64,000 nt of DNA from Candidatus Nealsonbacteria bacterium RIFOXYB1_FULL_40_15 (GTDB lineage: Bacteria > Patescibacteriota > Minisyncoccia > Minisyncoccales > GWA2-38-27), in NCBI GenBank assembly GCA_001821555.1, contig MHMM01000010.1, positions 19,629 through 83,628 of the forward strand, in the 5' to 3' direction. Under the pieces are notes generated by a model that searched no databases, was not told where the DNA came from, and saw only the letters and a list, made by a program, of their open reading frames with translations. Below, piece by piece: positions 1 through 10,160 of the stretch. The stretch's first letter is position 1. Each line of letters starts with the position of its first letter. The translations under genes were made by a program, and so were the position numbers.

Positions 1-447
1 AAGAATCAAGTTATGCTTTTCAGCTATTTTTTTCAGCGCAATCCAATCGGCCGGATTTCCAAAAATATCAACCGCCAATATCGCCTTTGTTTTGGAGGTA
101 ATCTTCTCCTCTATTTTTGAAACATCAATATTAAAACTCTCTCTGTCTATATCGCAAAATACGGGAACAGCCCCTTCATACAAGATACAGTTTGCAGAAG
201 CAACAAAAGAAAAAGGAGTGGTTATCACTTCGTCCCCCTTTCCTATTCCAAGAGATTTTATTATAAGATGGAGGGCTGAAGTTCCTGAATTTACAGCAAC
301 AGCGTATTTTCTTCCGGCGTATTCTGATATCATCCTTTCAAACTCATCTGTTTTCGGCCCCATAGATAAAAACGGGCTCTTGAGGGCTTCTAAAACCTCT
401 TTTATTTCTTCTTCTGTTATATCAGGCCTTGAAAGCGGAATATGCAT
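1..447 (-). CDS. DegT/DnrJ/EryC1/StrS family PLP sugar aminotransferase (5' part, runs off window start)
   Basis: Manual translation of the minus strand from ATG at 447: MHIPLSRPDITEEEIKEV...YAVAVNSGTSALHL...GDEVITTPFSFVASANCI, a typical DegT N-terminus. Not in the ORF track because it is open-ended. Confidence 0.9.
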   Translation of the reverse strand, partial: MHIPLSRPDITEEEIKEVLEALKSPFLSMGPKTDEFERMISEYAGRKYAVAVNSGTSALHLIIKSLGIGKGDEVITTPFSFVASANCILYEGAVPVFCDIDRESFNIDVSKIEEKITSKTKAILAVDIFGNPADWIALKKIAEKHNLIL

Positions 448-1262
448 ATTCCTATAATTACAAAAATAATCTGAACTGAATAAGATACGACAAGAGTTTT
501 TCGGCTTGAAAATCCTTTCTTTAGAAGCTTGTCATAAAGATGCTCTCTGTCGCCTAAAAATATAGACTTTCCAGATAATATTCTTCTTAGATTAGTATAA
601 ATCCCGTCAAAAAGAGGAAGGCCCGCGACAAATATAGAAGCCAAAATGCTGAAATTACACGCTAACACAGCCAAAACAAATCCTATAAAGTAAGCACCTG
701 AATCTCCCATAAATATCTTTGCCGGAGGAAAATTAAAAAAGAGAAATCCTAAAATTGAAAGAAACATTGAAAAAGAAACAGCTGAAATTAAATTGTCCCC
801 CGAAAGATATCCCAAAATAGCAAATCCTAAAAAGGATATGGCAGTCTCTCCTCCGGCCAGCCCGTCCATTCCGTCCTGATAATTTACCGCGTTAATTAAA
901 ACAAAAATACATGTGAAAGTCAAAATATAATAAGGCCCCGGTAAAAGCCATGCCGAAAAAAGGGAGGACAGAATGAGAAGAATAAATTTAGTTTTAGGTT
1001 TTATTTTTATCCTGTCCCTCCATACAAGGTCGTCCAAAAGGCCTATTAAGAATACGGGGGCGCCCAAAAGAGAGACTTTCCAATTATATGCAGAGAATGC
1101 CAGAAATATAGCTATTCCCCCAAGGCAGGAAACAGGCTTCTTGTGTATTTTTAAGGGATCCCCAGTCGCATTATCGTAAAACTTCAGCTTGTTTCCAAGT
1201 TTGCAAAACAAAAAAGAAAAAACAATAGAAGCTAAAAGTGTAATGCTAAATTTTAAAAACAT
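417..1262 (-). CDS. MraY/WecA-like polyprenyl-phosphate HexNAc-1-P transferase (initiating enzyme)
   Basis: Multi-TM; motifs GLLDD, NAVNYQDGMDGLAG, IFMGDSG, DREHLY. Start placed at MFLKFS (1262). Confidence 0.85.
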   Translation of the reverse strand: MFLKFSITLLASIVFSFLFCKLGNKLKFYDNATGDPLKIHKKPVSCLGGIAIFLAFSAYNWKVSLLGAPVFLIGLLDDLVWRDRIKIKPKTKFILLILSSLFSAWLLPGPYYILTFTCIFVLINAVNYQDGMDGLAGGETAISFLGFAILGYLSGDNLISAVSFSMFLSILGFLFFNFPPAKIFMGDSGAYFIGFVLAVLACNFSILASIFVAGLPLFDGIYTNLRRILSGKSIFLGDREHLYDKLLKKGFSSRKTLVVSYSVQIIFVIIGICIFRFQGLI

Positions 1263-1821
1263 ATATGTTTGAAGGCGAATCTTTGTGGGCAAGTCCCTTC
1301 GAATGAAAAATAAATCCATTCTTGATATAAAACCTGTTAGCCCTTTCCAGCTTCTCGCCTACCATAACTTTAAATGCCTTAACTTCTCTTTTTTTCAGTT
1401 CTGACACAAAGGATTGAAGCAGTTCTTTAGACACGCATTTCCCCTGAAATTCGGGAAGGACAGCTATGCTTAAAAGTTCTGCTTCAGGAAGCCCAGAGTT
1501 TTCTTTGCTAGAAGAATATTTTGCGGTTTCGCAGATTTTTCTCGCCTTTTTTAATTTAAAAAGCAGGATTACAGCTAGTTTGAAAATGTGTTTTTTTATA
1601 AAAAACCTGTAAAAATCTTTTAAAATCAGGCATCCTGAAACAAATCCTATGATTTTGCCGTTTTCCTCGGCTACGATTAAGACTGCCTTTTGAGAAATAG
1701 CCGAATAGAAAATTCTAAGGAATTCTGGCCCCAGTTCGGTCAAGAATCCATCTTTTATCTGGTTTAAATGGATTTCTGAAACCCTGAAACAATCTTTTTC
1801 AGAAGCTATTCTAATAAACAT
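1246..1821 (-). CDS. GNAT family N-acetyltransferase
   Basis: ELLSIAVLPEFQGK acetyl-CoA motif A and ANRFYIKNGF. Confidence 0.85.
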   Translation of the reverse strand: MFIRIASEKDCFRVSEIHLNQIKDGFLTELGPEFLRIFYSAISQKAVLIVAEENGKIIGFVSGCLILKDFYRFFIKKHIFKLAVILLFKLKKARKICETAKYSSSKENSGLPEAELLSIAVLPEFQGKCVSKELLQSFVSELKKREVKAFKVMVGEKLERANRFYIKNGFIFHSKGLAHKDSPSNIYVFKI

Positions 1822-4115
1822 TTTTCTTTCAGCTTTTTTTTATATTCTTCTTCTATCCTGCCAAAAACAAGCTTTTCGTCAAATTCTCTTTTTATTTTTT
1901 CCCTTCCCGCCTTGCCCATCTTTTTTGCGTCTTCGGGATTTTTTAAAAGATATATTATGGCTTCTGCAATCCTTTCCGCGTTTCCCGGAGGAACGAGTAT
2001 GCCTGTTTCCCCGTCATCAACCGCCTCCCTGCAACCCCTTATATCCGAAACCACAACCGGCCTTTCCATAGCAGAAGCTTCCAAAATAGAAACTCCAAGC
2101 CCCTCCCTATAAGAAGGAAGAACAAATACATCCATTTTGGGATAAAGCTCGTTCAAATCGCGCCTTTCTCCTAAAAAGAGGATGTTCTTTTCAAGTCCAT
2201 AGCTTTTAATAAGAGAAGATATATCAACCCTGTCCTTTTTTTCTGGCTCTTCGGGACCTATTACCATAAGAACAGCTTCGGGAAAAACTTTTAAAACTCT
2301 GCTGAAAGCAGAGAATAAATCAAGATATCCCTTTTCCTTCACCAGTCTGCCTACTATTCCAACCGTTTTAGAATTTGATGAATAGTCTTTGGGGCTAAAA
2401 AAAGATAAATCTATTCCCCCCCCGAAGTATTTTATTTTCCCCACCGGGCAAATCTTCATTTTTTCAGCATAGACCATATCTTCTCTGTTAACGAAAAAAA
2501 TAGTATCAGAGCACTTTGCCGCTATCCATTCTACAAAAACATAGAAGAGCTTTCTCGTTTTTTTGTCTTTTTCCTGGAAATAAAAACCGTGTATCGTATT
2601 GAATATAATAGGAACTCCCGAAAGCTTTGCCGCCAACTGGCCTAGAAAACCGGGCTTTGGGGTATGAGTATGGACAATAGTGAATTTTTCTTTAGAAAAG
2701 TAAAAGAAAAGCCGGAAAAGAGTCCAAAGATCGTAAAAAGGGCTAATTTTCCTTTTGAACCTGACTGTTTTTACTTTTATGCCCTCCCTCTCTATGTCTT
2801 CTAAAAGCTTTCCTTCAGAGCAGACTATATGGACATCATACCCTTCTTTCTTCAAAAATTTAAGCTGATTAAAAAGTATGAATCTTGCCGACTGATCTAT
2901 GTTGGTGACATAGCACACCTTGTTTTTCTCCTTTTTTTTGAGGCCTGCCGGAATCAGGCAGAAAAGAGCGATAAAACTCGGCATTCTTATTCTGGTTATT
3001 ATTCCAAAGTTAGTGATAAACAAAGCAAGCACGCCTATTGAGATTAAACTAAAAATCAAAAGAGGCAAAGCTGTCCTATTTTTTCTAATAGAAGAATATC
3101 CTCCCTTGAGAACAAAGTAAAAAAGAAAATACCAAGGGATTGTTTCCAAAAGAACGAATAGTTGTTTTGAATTTCTTATTTGCCAGGGCAAGGGGCCCAA
3201 AAGCACGTATATAAAGGATTTTGAAATATTGACAAGAAAGTTAAGCGGAGACTTTAAAAAAGATATTGCAGAAGCAAAGTCATTTCCGGAAGAAGCCCCT
3301 TCGGATAAAACCAAAGGAGGCGCCTGCACCATGGATGAAGCAGAAGACCTGTAGGCCTCTTCCCTGTAATGCTTTACTGTCTGAATGTTCATATAATATT
3401 TGATTGTCTTGGATCCATAATATCCGTTTCCAAAAAACTGCGGAAGAAAACCCAAAAAAATTATCATGATAATTCCCAAGACGAGTTTCTTTTGGGATTT
3501 ATAAAGAAGAAGCCAAGAAAAAATAAAAGTAAAAAGAAGCGCATATCCTATATAGAACCTGAAGTGGATTGAAAAACCCAATAAGGCATACAAAAGAATA
3601 AAATTAAGCAAGGAAAACTTTTTAATCAGCTTCACGGCCAAGAGAAGCGAGGCGAGAGCAAGAGGAACCACAATAGTATCCTTAAGAAGCAATGTCCCAA
3701 AAAAAAGATAGCTGGGGTAAATGCTTGTTATCAAGCTGATGAGGACAGCCAATCTTTTTGACCCTCCTGTTTCTAAAACTATGGAATAAGAAAGAACGCA
3801 TGACAAAGTAGAAAGCAATGCTCCAAAAATATGGCCTGTAAGCATATCCGGCCAGAAAAATGCATAGATATATCCTATTAGAACAGGATAATAGTGGGTA
3901 ATTCTTGAACCGCCCAAATCAAGAGAAAAATTACCCTGATGCAATCTCTGTGAAATCTCCCGAGCCTGTTGATCATAAAGAATATAATCTCCATATCCTC
4001 CGCTGAAAGGCTGGAAATTTGCGAAGTAAATGAAAAAGGCCGCCGCCAAATGGATTATAAAGCAGGCGACAAAAACAAATATTACTGCGTTATATTTTTT
4101 ATCAATTTTATCCAT
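1806..4115 (-). CDS. Fusion of a multi-TM GT-C/Wzy-like membrane domain and a C-terminal GT4 glycosyltransferase
   Basis: About 390 hydrophobic N-terminal residues (GDYILY, LLKDT, NFGIITRIR), then a GT-B domain with HTHTPKPG, GRLVKEKG and EGLGVSILEA. Confidence 0.8.
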   Translation of the reverse strand: MDKIDKKYNAVIFVFVACFIIHLAAAFFIYFANFQPFSGGYGDYILYDQQAREISQRLHQGNFSLDLGGSRITHYYPVLIGYIYAFFWPDMLTGHIFGALLSTLSCVLSYSIVLETGGSKRLAVLISLITSIYPSYLFFGTLLLKDTIVVPLALASLLLAVKLIKKFSLLNFILLYALLGFSIHFRFYIGYALLFTFIFSWLLLYKSQKKLVLGIIMIIFLGFLPQFFGNGYYGSKTIKYYMNIQTVKHYREEAYRSSASSMVQAPPLVLSEGASSGNDFASAISFLKSPLNFLVNISKSFIYVLLGPLPWQIRNSKQLFVLLETIPWYFLFYFVLKGGYSSIRKNRTALPLLIFSLISIGVLALFITNFGIITRIRMPSFIALFCLIPAGLKKKEKNKVCYVTNIDQSARFILFNQLKFLKKEGYDVHIVCSEGKLLEDIEREGIKVKTVRFKRKISPFYDLWTLFRLFFYFSKEKFTIVHTHTPKPGFLGQLAAKLSGVPIIFNTIHGFYFQEKDKKTRKLFYVFVEWIAAKCSDTIFFVNREDMVYAEKMKICPVGKIKYFGGGIDLSFFSPKDYSSNSKTVGIVGRLVKEKGYLDLFSAFSRVLKVFPEAVLMVIGPEEPEKKDRVDISSLIKSYGLEKNILFLGERRDLNELYPKMDVFVLPSYREGLGVSILEASAMERPVVVSDIRGCREAVDDGETGILVPPGNAERIAEAIIYLLKNPEDAKKMGKAGREKIKREFDEKLVFGRIEEEYKKKLKEKCLLE

Positions 4116-5053
4116 TCTTCTGAAAATTTATCTAAGGTAAACTTTTTTGCGAATTCAAAACCCTTTTCTGCAATTTTTTTTCTTCTTTCCGGATTTTGCA
4201 GAAGGTATTCCGCTTTATTCTTGAGTTCGGAAAAATCAGGGCAAACAATCTGGCTCCCTCCCTCAAGAAGCTCTTTCATGCCCCCTAAACCCGATCCTAT
4301 TACCGGTGTTTTGGAGAGCATAGCCTCATGGGCTGTTCTGCACCATCCTTCCTTGAATTTAGACATTGAAATAACTATGGAAGAAGCCTTGAGCAGCTTT
4401 AAATAATTTTTGTGATCCAGTTCAAGATTAAGAACAGGAAGATTGACCTGCCTCCTCCCGGATGTAACGAGCTGAACATCAAGGCATTTTAATGCCTTAT
4501 AGCTTTCTACCACTCCTTTGGCTTTCTGGCAATTGCCAAGATAAATTATCGGCCTTGAAGAAATGCTTTTTTTGAATTCTTCCGCCTCTTGGTCTTTTAT
4601 GCCAAATTCGTTCAAATCAAATCCATTGTATATTTTATAAACATTCTTAAAACCCAGGCCTAAAAAATACTTCTGCCAGTAATCAGAAACTGTAACGATG
4701 CAGTCGGCTTTCTCGAGCTTTTTCAGGAAAATCTTCTGGAGGATATAAAAAGCAGGGCGGGAAACGGGGGGAAATCCTGAAAAATCAAGGTGATGGATCA
4801 TAACAAGACTCTTTCTTTTAATAAAAATGCTGGAGTAAAAGTCCCTAATCCAAAGGTCTTTTTCTTTTTTCAGGCGCCAGATATAAAAAAGTGACTCCGG
4901 TATTTTAAGATATCTTATATTCTTGAATATCTTTGATTCAAGCATTATTTCTTCCACGTCAAAAAAAGGCTCTAAGGCTTTTCTGGCCTGTTCATTATAT
5001 ATAACTCCGCCGTATTTCTTTTTGCTTATTTCAATCCAGCCGATTTTTTTCAT
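4082..5053 (-). CDS. Glycosyltransferase family 4
   Basis: EGWCRTAHEAM (EX7E) motif; start at MKKIGW. Confidence 0.85.
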   Translation of the reverse strand: MKKIGWIEISKKKYGGVIYNEQARKALEPFFDVEEIMLESKIFKNIRYLKIPESLFYIWRLKKEKDLWIRDFYSSIFIKRKSLVMIHHLDFSGFPPVSRPAFYILQKIFLKKLEKADCIVTVSDYWQKYFLGLGFKNVYKIYNGFDLNEFGIKDQEAEEFKKSISSRPIIYLGNCQKAKGVVESYKALKCLDVQLVTSGRRQVNLPVLNLELDHKNYLKLLKASSIVISMSKFKEGWCRTAHEAMLSKTPVIGSGLGGMKELLEGGSQIVCPDFSELKNKAEYLLQNPERRKKIAEKGFEFAKKFTLDKFSEEWIKLIKNITQ

Positions 5054-5925
5054 AAATAATCCTTTGCTAGAGGGGGATAGAAAGCAAACGAAACCAAGAG
5101 CCAAAAAATCCAGAGAGGTTTTTTCTTGATCCTATTCTTTATGTATTTTGAATAAAAGATCATGGATATCCTGCAAAAAAACAATCCCACTCTGCTTTCT
5201 TTTATTCTAATTGTTTTGCCATCGTCCAAATCATCACGCCCGCTTTTGATTCTTTGCCTGAAAAGCGCGCGGGCTATGTTTTGATACTGCCTTTGGTAAT
5301 ACTTTTTCTCTATGCTTATTTTAGACACTTCAGACTGGCACTCCATTAAGGAGTCTTTAAGGCAGAAGCATTTGCCTTCAAAAAAAAGGCGGAAATAAAG
5401 ATCAAGATCCTGGGAATACCTGAAGAATTCCCTGTATTTTATCCCAGAATTCTTAAAGACTATGCTTGAATGCAGATATATCCCTCTGTTCAAAAGAAGT
5501 CTTTTTCTTATTTCAAGATCTTCCGATTCAAACCAAGTTTTTCCTAAAACATTTCCTTTTTTGTCTATTAGGAAGGACTGGGTTCCGCAAATAATATAAT
5601 CTTTGTTTTTTTCTAGAAATTCAATTTGTTTCTGAAGTTTCTCTTTTTTCCAAATATCTCTTGCGTCTATTCTGGCAATATATTTTCCTTTTGCTTTTTC
5701 AATCCCTTTGTTAAGACTTCTCGTAAGCCCCAGATTCTTTTCGTTCCTTATAATTATAATCCTTCTGTCTTTCGGAAAAACAGGAGTTTCAGAAGAGCAG
5801 TCGTCTATAATAATAAGTTCAAAATCAGAAAAGGTTTGCTCTAAAACGCTTCTGATCGTTGCATCCAGATCTTCCTGCAATTCATTATAAACACCCATTA
5901 TTATTGAGACCTTTGGGAAAACCAT
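5050..5925 (-). CDS. Glycosyltransferase family 2
   Basis: VSIIMGVYN, IIDDCS, ARIDARD, QDLDL. Confidence 0.9.
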   Translation of the reverse strand: MVFPKVSIIMGVYNELQEDLDATIRSVLEQTFSDFELIIIDDCSSETPVFPKDRRIIIIRNEKNLGLTRSLNKGIEKAKGKYIARIDARDIWKKEKLQKQIEFLEKNKDYIICGTQSFLIDKKGNVLGKTWFESEDLEIRKRLLLNRGIYLHSSIVFKNSGIKYREFFRYSQDLDLYFRLFFEGKCFCLKDSLMECQSEVSKISIEKKYYQRQYQNIARALFRQRIKSGRDDLDDGKTIRIKESRVGLFFCRISMIFYSKYIKNRIKKKPLWIFWLLVSFAFYPPLAKDYL

Positions 5926-6815
5926 TCTACTGTTCTTTTTACGCCTTCTTCAAAAGAAACTTCAGGATGCCAACCTAACAGCTCTTTGGCCTGGCTTATA
6001 TCCGCCTTGCTGTGCTCAATATCTCCTTCTCTTTTTTCAAGATATTTTACCTCTCCTCCGACGAGTTCAGCCAAAAAATTAACCGAATTAGAATCTTCGG
6101 ATCCGGCATTTATAACCTCTCCGCCTTTTAATTCAGAAGATTTCATCGCTTTCAGATTGGCCTGGACTATATCTGAAATATAGCAAAATCCCCTAGTCTG
6201 TTCTCCGGATCCGAAAACAGTCAGAGGTTCTCCTTTTGCCTTCTGCTTCAAGAATTTTCCGAGAACAGAGCTGTACTCGGAATCCGGATTGATCCTAGGG
6301 CCATAAACATTGAAATACCTCAAAGAAACTATGCTTGTTCCGTAAAGCTTGAAAAAAAGCCAGGCAAACTTTTCCCCCGCAAGCTTTTGAAGTCCGTAGG
6401 GGCTTATGGGATCAGGAATCATATCTTCTCTCAATGGAAGCCTGCTTTGATTCCCATAGACAGAAGAGGATGAAGCAAAGACCACTCTTTTTACATTATT
6501 ATCCGAAGCTGCCTTGAAAACATTGATTGTCCCCAAGATATTTGTTTTGGAAGTTCCGATAGGATCCAGTATTGAGACAGGAACCCTGGGGATGGCAGCC
6601 AGATGGAAAACATAATCTACATCCCTGAAAACAGGCAATATCTTCTCAAAATCGCATATATCAAGATTGAAGAAGCTTGTCTTCTTGTTTATATTCTCCT
6701 TTTTCCCCGAAGATAAATTGTCTATTATCAAAACTTCCTTGCCCTCTTCAATAAGCTTATCAGCAAGATTACTGCCTATAAACCCAGCTCCTCCTGTAAT
6801 TAAATATTTCTCCAT
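5901..6815 (-). CDS. NAD-dependent nucleotide-sugar 4-epimerase (extended SDR)
   Basis: TGGAGFIG, YGLQK (YxxxK), RYFNVYGP; start at MEKYL. Confidence 0.9.
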   Translation of the reverse strand: MEKYLITGGAGFIGSNLADKLIEEGKEVLIIDNLSSGKKENINKKTSFFNLDICDFEKILPVFRDVDYVFHLAAIPRVPVSILDPIGTSKTNILGTINVFKAASDNNVKRVVFASSSSVYGNQSRLPLREDMIPDPISPYGLQKLAGEKFAWLFFKLYGTSIVSLRYFNVYGPRINPDSEYSSVLGKFLKQKAKGEPLTVFGSGEQTRGFCYISDIVQANLKAMKSSELKGGEVINAGSEDSNSVNFLAELVGGEVKYLEKREGDIEHSKADISQAKELLGWHPEVSFEEGVKRTVEWFSQRSQ

Positions 6816-7534
6816 GCTTTTATATACTCCAATATTGTCGGATGATGCCATAAAAAGCTTTCTTTGGTCCAGCTTTCAACCGGCTTCAGCCTGTTGTTAA
6901 TAAAATCATCTACTGCTTTTGACATAAGTTCTGATCCTTTGACATACTGCCTTGCTTCTATGGCTCTGAAATCTTTTTCGGGCAGAATTCTTGACTGGTA
7001 AATCACTTTTCCAGTGTCTATCCCTTTATCTACCATATGAATCGTAACTCCCAGATTATCAAAGTCTTTTTTGGACATAGCCCAGAAACCGCCGTGAACC
7101 CCTCTGTATTTAGGAGTTATTCCGCAATGTATATTCAAAAAAACCCGGGATAACTTTAATATATTTTCTTTTATTATCCCCGTTCCTGAAACAATTACAA
7201 GGTCCGGAGCTATTTTTTCTATAATCTTTCCCGATTCCAAGCTGTTTATATCCTGTATCTCTTTTGAAGGAATTCCGGGCTTTTTTGGATTTCCCAGAAT
7301 CGCTCCAGCTTTTGAAAATCTGCTAAGGTATATCCTGTCCAGCAAAAGAAATAAAAGCTGGCCTATAACCTTTAAAAATCCCAGCTTTTTTGCCCTATTC
7401 TTCAGAATCTTCAGCTTTTTTTTAAATGACTGCCTTTCGTAAATAACAAAGCAGATTTCAAATCTTTCTGAAAGCTTGTTTATCAGGTAATAATTGTTCT
7501 TTTTTCGCGATGATAAAATCAGGATTTTCGCCAT
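6800..7534 (-). CDS. Formyltransferase-domain protein (sugar N-formyltransferase-like)
   Basis: LNIHCGITPKYRG and GVTIHMVDKGIDTG formyl_trans_N motifs. Confidence 0.85.
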   Translation of the reverse strand: MAKILILSSRKKNNYYLINKLSERFEICFVIYERQSFKKKLKILKNRAKKLGFLKVIGQLLFLLLDRIYLSRFSKAGAILGNPKKPGIPSKEIQDINSLESGKIIEKIAPDLVIVSGTGIIKENILKLSRVFLNIHCGITPKYRGVHGGFWAMSKKDFDNLGVTIHMVDKGIDTGKVIYQSRILPEKDFRAIEARQYVKGSELMSKAVDDFINNRLKPVESWTKESFLWHHPTILEYIKAWRNI

Positions 7535-8430
7535 AATTCTTCCGCTTCTCCCATTGTTAAGCTTGAAAGGCCGTGTTTTTTTGAAAGAATAAATATCTTT
7601 TCAAGGTCACCTAGGAGCTTCGGGTTTCCGGCAAGATTGAAAGGATGCAGCCACAAATGAAACATCGAATTGTCAGAAGCCGCCTTTTTTATTCCCCTCT
7701 TAGCTCTCAAAACCCTTATTCCGGACGGGATAAGCTTTCTTAATCCGTCGTAAGACGTCAAAAACATTGATTCTTTAATTTCTAGCACATTATCATGCAA
7801 AACCAGGCTTTTCAAAGGAAAAACATCGGGCGTCCTGGCAAAAATCTGGTCTATAATGCGTGATAACCTCTTCTTTTTGGAGTAGCCCCTGAATGTTCTT
7901 ATACCAAGTTCTCCAAGCGCTTTTGTATGGTTTACCCTGTTTCTGGGAAAAACCATGGATTTTATCTTAATACCCTCCTCTTCCGCCAATTCAATGCATT
8001 TTTTAATTTGCGATCTTGCGGTTTCCTCGGCGCACTCTTCATCCATTATCACGTGGGAAAAAGTATGAGTGGCTATTTCCTGCTTAGGCCAAGCATTTTT
8101 AACTTTTAAAAGAATATCTTTTCCATACCAAAAAGGGTCCCTTTCTATGTCCGTGCCAGGATCCAAAGAATGCCAGTCTTTTCCGTACCAGGAATAGAAG
8201 GGTCTAAGGACATCCGAGTGGTTTTTATCGCACCTGTCCAAAAATAAATGGCCGACAAAAGCCCAGGTAGCTTTGATTTCGTATTCTTTTAACAAGTCCA
8301 GAAGACTGTCTATGGCATTCCTCGTTTTTTTAAAATGCCTGCTGTATTTTTTGAGCCCGTTTTTGTCAAAAGTTCCCCAAGCAAGCTCCACATCCAAAGA
8401 AAGAACAAAAATCGGCCTTTTTACATCCAT
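7519..8430 (-). CDS. Polysaccharide deacetylase family protein
   Basis: SLDVELAWG, ATWAFVG, EIATHTFSH, VFPRN, HLWLHPFN. Confidence 0.85.
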   Translation of the reverse strand: MDVKRPIFVLSLDVELAWGTFDKNGLKKYSRHFKKTRNAIDSLLDLLKEYEIKATWAFVGHLFLDRCDKNHSDVLRPFYSWYGKDWHSLDPGTDIERDPFWYGKDILLKVKNAWPKQEIATHTFSHVIMDEECAEETARSQIKKCIELAEEEGIKIKSMVFPRNRVNHTKALGELGIRTFRGYSKKKRLSRIIDQIFARTPDVFPLKSLVLHDNVLEIKESMFLTSYDGLRKLIPSGIRVLRAKRGIKKAASDNSMFHLWLHPFNLAGNPKLLGDLEKIFILSKKHGLSSLTMGEAEELWRKS

Positions 8431-10160
8431 CTTTCGTGCCACATCTGGAACGAAAGCAGAACCCAGATTTTTCTTCCGGCTTCGGTTTTCCCTCCCAAAT
8501 ACTCGTCTAAATTTCTTTTAACAGACGCTTCGTTAAATATGCCTCCCCTTTTTAATTTTGAAGGGGATAAATAATCCATAAGAATGGGTTTTAAATCTTC
8601 TTTCAGCCACTCGTGCACCGGTATTCCAAATCCCTGCTTCGGCCTGTCAACCAGCTTTTTTGGAACATATTTGTACAATATCTTTTTTAATTGATTTTTA
8701 TCCTTTGCATGCATTCCGGCCGCATACTCAATAATATTCTGATCCAAAAAGGGTTCTCTCGCCTCAAGCCCTACTGCCATGGAGGCCCGGTCTACTTTGG
8801 CCAGAATATCATCCGGAAGATAAGTTTTAAAATCTGAATCCTGCATTGAAATAAAAGAACTAGGATGTTCTCTGTTAAAGGGAACTTTTAAAATATCTTT
8901 GAGATCGTCCTCCATCCAATAACTCAAAATTATCCTGTAAAAGCTTTCAATATCGTTATTTTCAAGCATCTTTTTCAGCTTTTCCATTCTGATGCTTTTT
9001 GAAGGAATAAACTGCCTTGCCAAAAACAATGGTTTTCTTAATTTGAAAATCCTGCTTATTTTCTTGTAGTAAGTATATCCTGAAAAAAGCTCGTCTCCCC
9101 CGTCGGCCGAAAGCGCCACCTTAACATAATCTCTGGCCATTTTGGAAACAAGATAAGTAGGAATAGCAGAGCTATCTCCGAAGGGCTCGTCATATATTTC
9201 AGGAAGCAAAAAAACGGTTTCAAGAGCTTCTTTCTGTGCACAGTAGAATTCATGATGGTCTGTCTTTAGATAATCGGCCACTCTTTTGGCGTAAGGAGCT
9301 TCGTTATAATTTTTATTATGAAATCCTATCGTAAAAGTTTTAAGGCGGGTTTCAGAGCTTAAGAGAGCAGAAACTGTGCTTGAATCTACCCCTCCGCTCA
9401 AAAATATCCCCACAGGAACATCTGAAACCAATCTGTATCTAAAAGATTCTTTCAATCTTTCTTCAAGCTCTTTCCCGTCATTCTTTTCAGAATAAAAATC
9501 CGAAATATCCCAGTATTTTTCTTCCTTGATTTCTCCTTTTTTGATCTTAAGAAAATGCCCCGGTTTTACTTTAAAGGTATTTTTAAAAATAGTCCTAGGG
9601 CTTTTAATATACCCAAATTGAAGATACAAAGCCAAAGAGTCAAAATCAATTTCTTTTTTAAAGCCCGGGGGGTTGAATATGGCTTTCAGTTCAGAGGCAA
9701 AGACAAGGATTTTCCCGTCAAAGTAGTAATACAAGGGTTTTACACCCGCTCTGTCTCTTGCTAAAAATAATATTCCATTGTCCCAAACAGCCATTGAAAA
9801 CATCCCCCTGAATTTCTTGAGGCATTCTATTCCCCATTCTCTGTATGCCTCCAAAACCACTTCGGTATCCGAATCGCTTCTAAAGCAATGCCCTAGCGAC
9901 AAAAGCTCATTTTTAATTTCTTTATAATTATAAACTTCTCCGTTATAAGTTATCCAAATACCGTTGCTGGACATAGGCTGGCAAGCTCTATCGGTCAGAT
10001 CTATAACAGAAAGTCTCCTGTGCCCTAAAGCAAAACTGCCGTCCAGATAAATTCCCTGGCCGTCAGGACCTCTTCTCTCAAGAGAAGAAGCCATTGATTC
10101 AATAAGATTCTTCTCCACAGATTTTCCGGAAAAATCCCAGATTCCGGCTATTCCGCACAT
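8421..10160 (-). CDS. asnB: Asparagine synthase-like glutamine amidotransferase (glycan amidation type)
   Basis: N-terminal MCGIAG (true start 10160), RRGPDG, NGEVYNY, LSGGVDSS, DGGDELF. Confidence 0.9.
   Translation of the reverse strand: MCGIAGIWDFSGKSVEKNLIESMASSLERRGPDGQGIYLDGSFALGHRRLSVIDLTDRACQPMSSNGIWITYNGEVYNYKEIKNELLSLGHCFRSDSDTEVVLEAYREWGIECLKKFRGMFSMAVWDNGILFLARDRAGVKPLYYYFDGKILVFASELKAIFNPPGFKKEIDFDSLALYLQFGYIKSPRTIFKNTFKVKPGHFLKIKKGEIKEEKYWDISDFYSEKNDGKELEERLKESFRYRLVSDVPVGIFLSGGVDSSTVSALLSSETRLKTFTIGFHNKNYNEAPYAKRVADYLKTDHHEFYCAQKEALETVFLLPEIYDEPFGDSSAIPTYLVSKMARDYVKVALSADGGDELFSGYTYYKKISRIFKLRKPLFLARQFIPSKSIRMEKLKKMLENNDIESFYRIILSYWMEDDLKDILKVPFNREHPSSFISMQDSDFKTYLPDDILAKVDRASMAVGLEAREPFLDQNIIEYAAGMHAKDKNQLKKILYKYVPKKLVDRPKQGFGIPVHEWLKEDLKPILMDYLSPSKLKRGGIFNEASVKRNLDEYLGGKTEAGRKIWVLLSFQMWHERWM

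Noticed and set aside
2416..2423. Poly-C/G tracts (also near 12631 and 48221) as phase-variation sites
   Set aside because: Only 7-8 nt long, explained by Gly codons, and the reading frames are intact.
8421..10160. asnB as an asparagine biosynthesis gene
   Set aside because: Its position inside a glycan operon fits the WbpS-like sugar amidotransferase role better.
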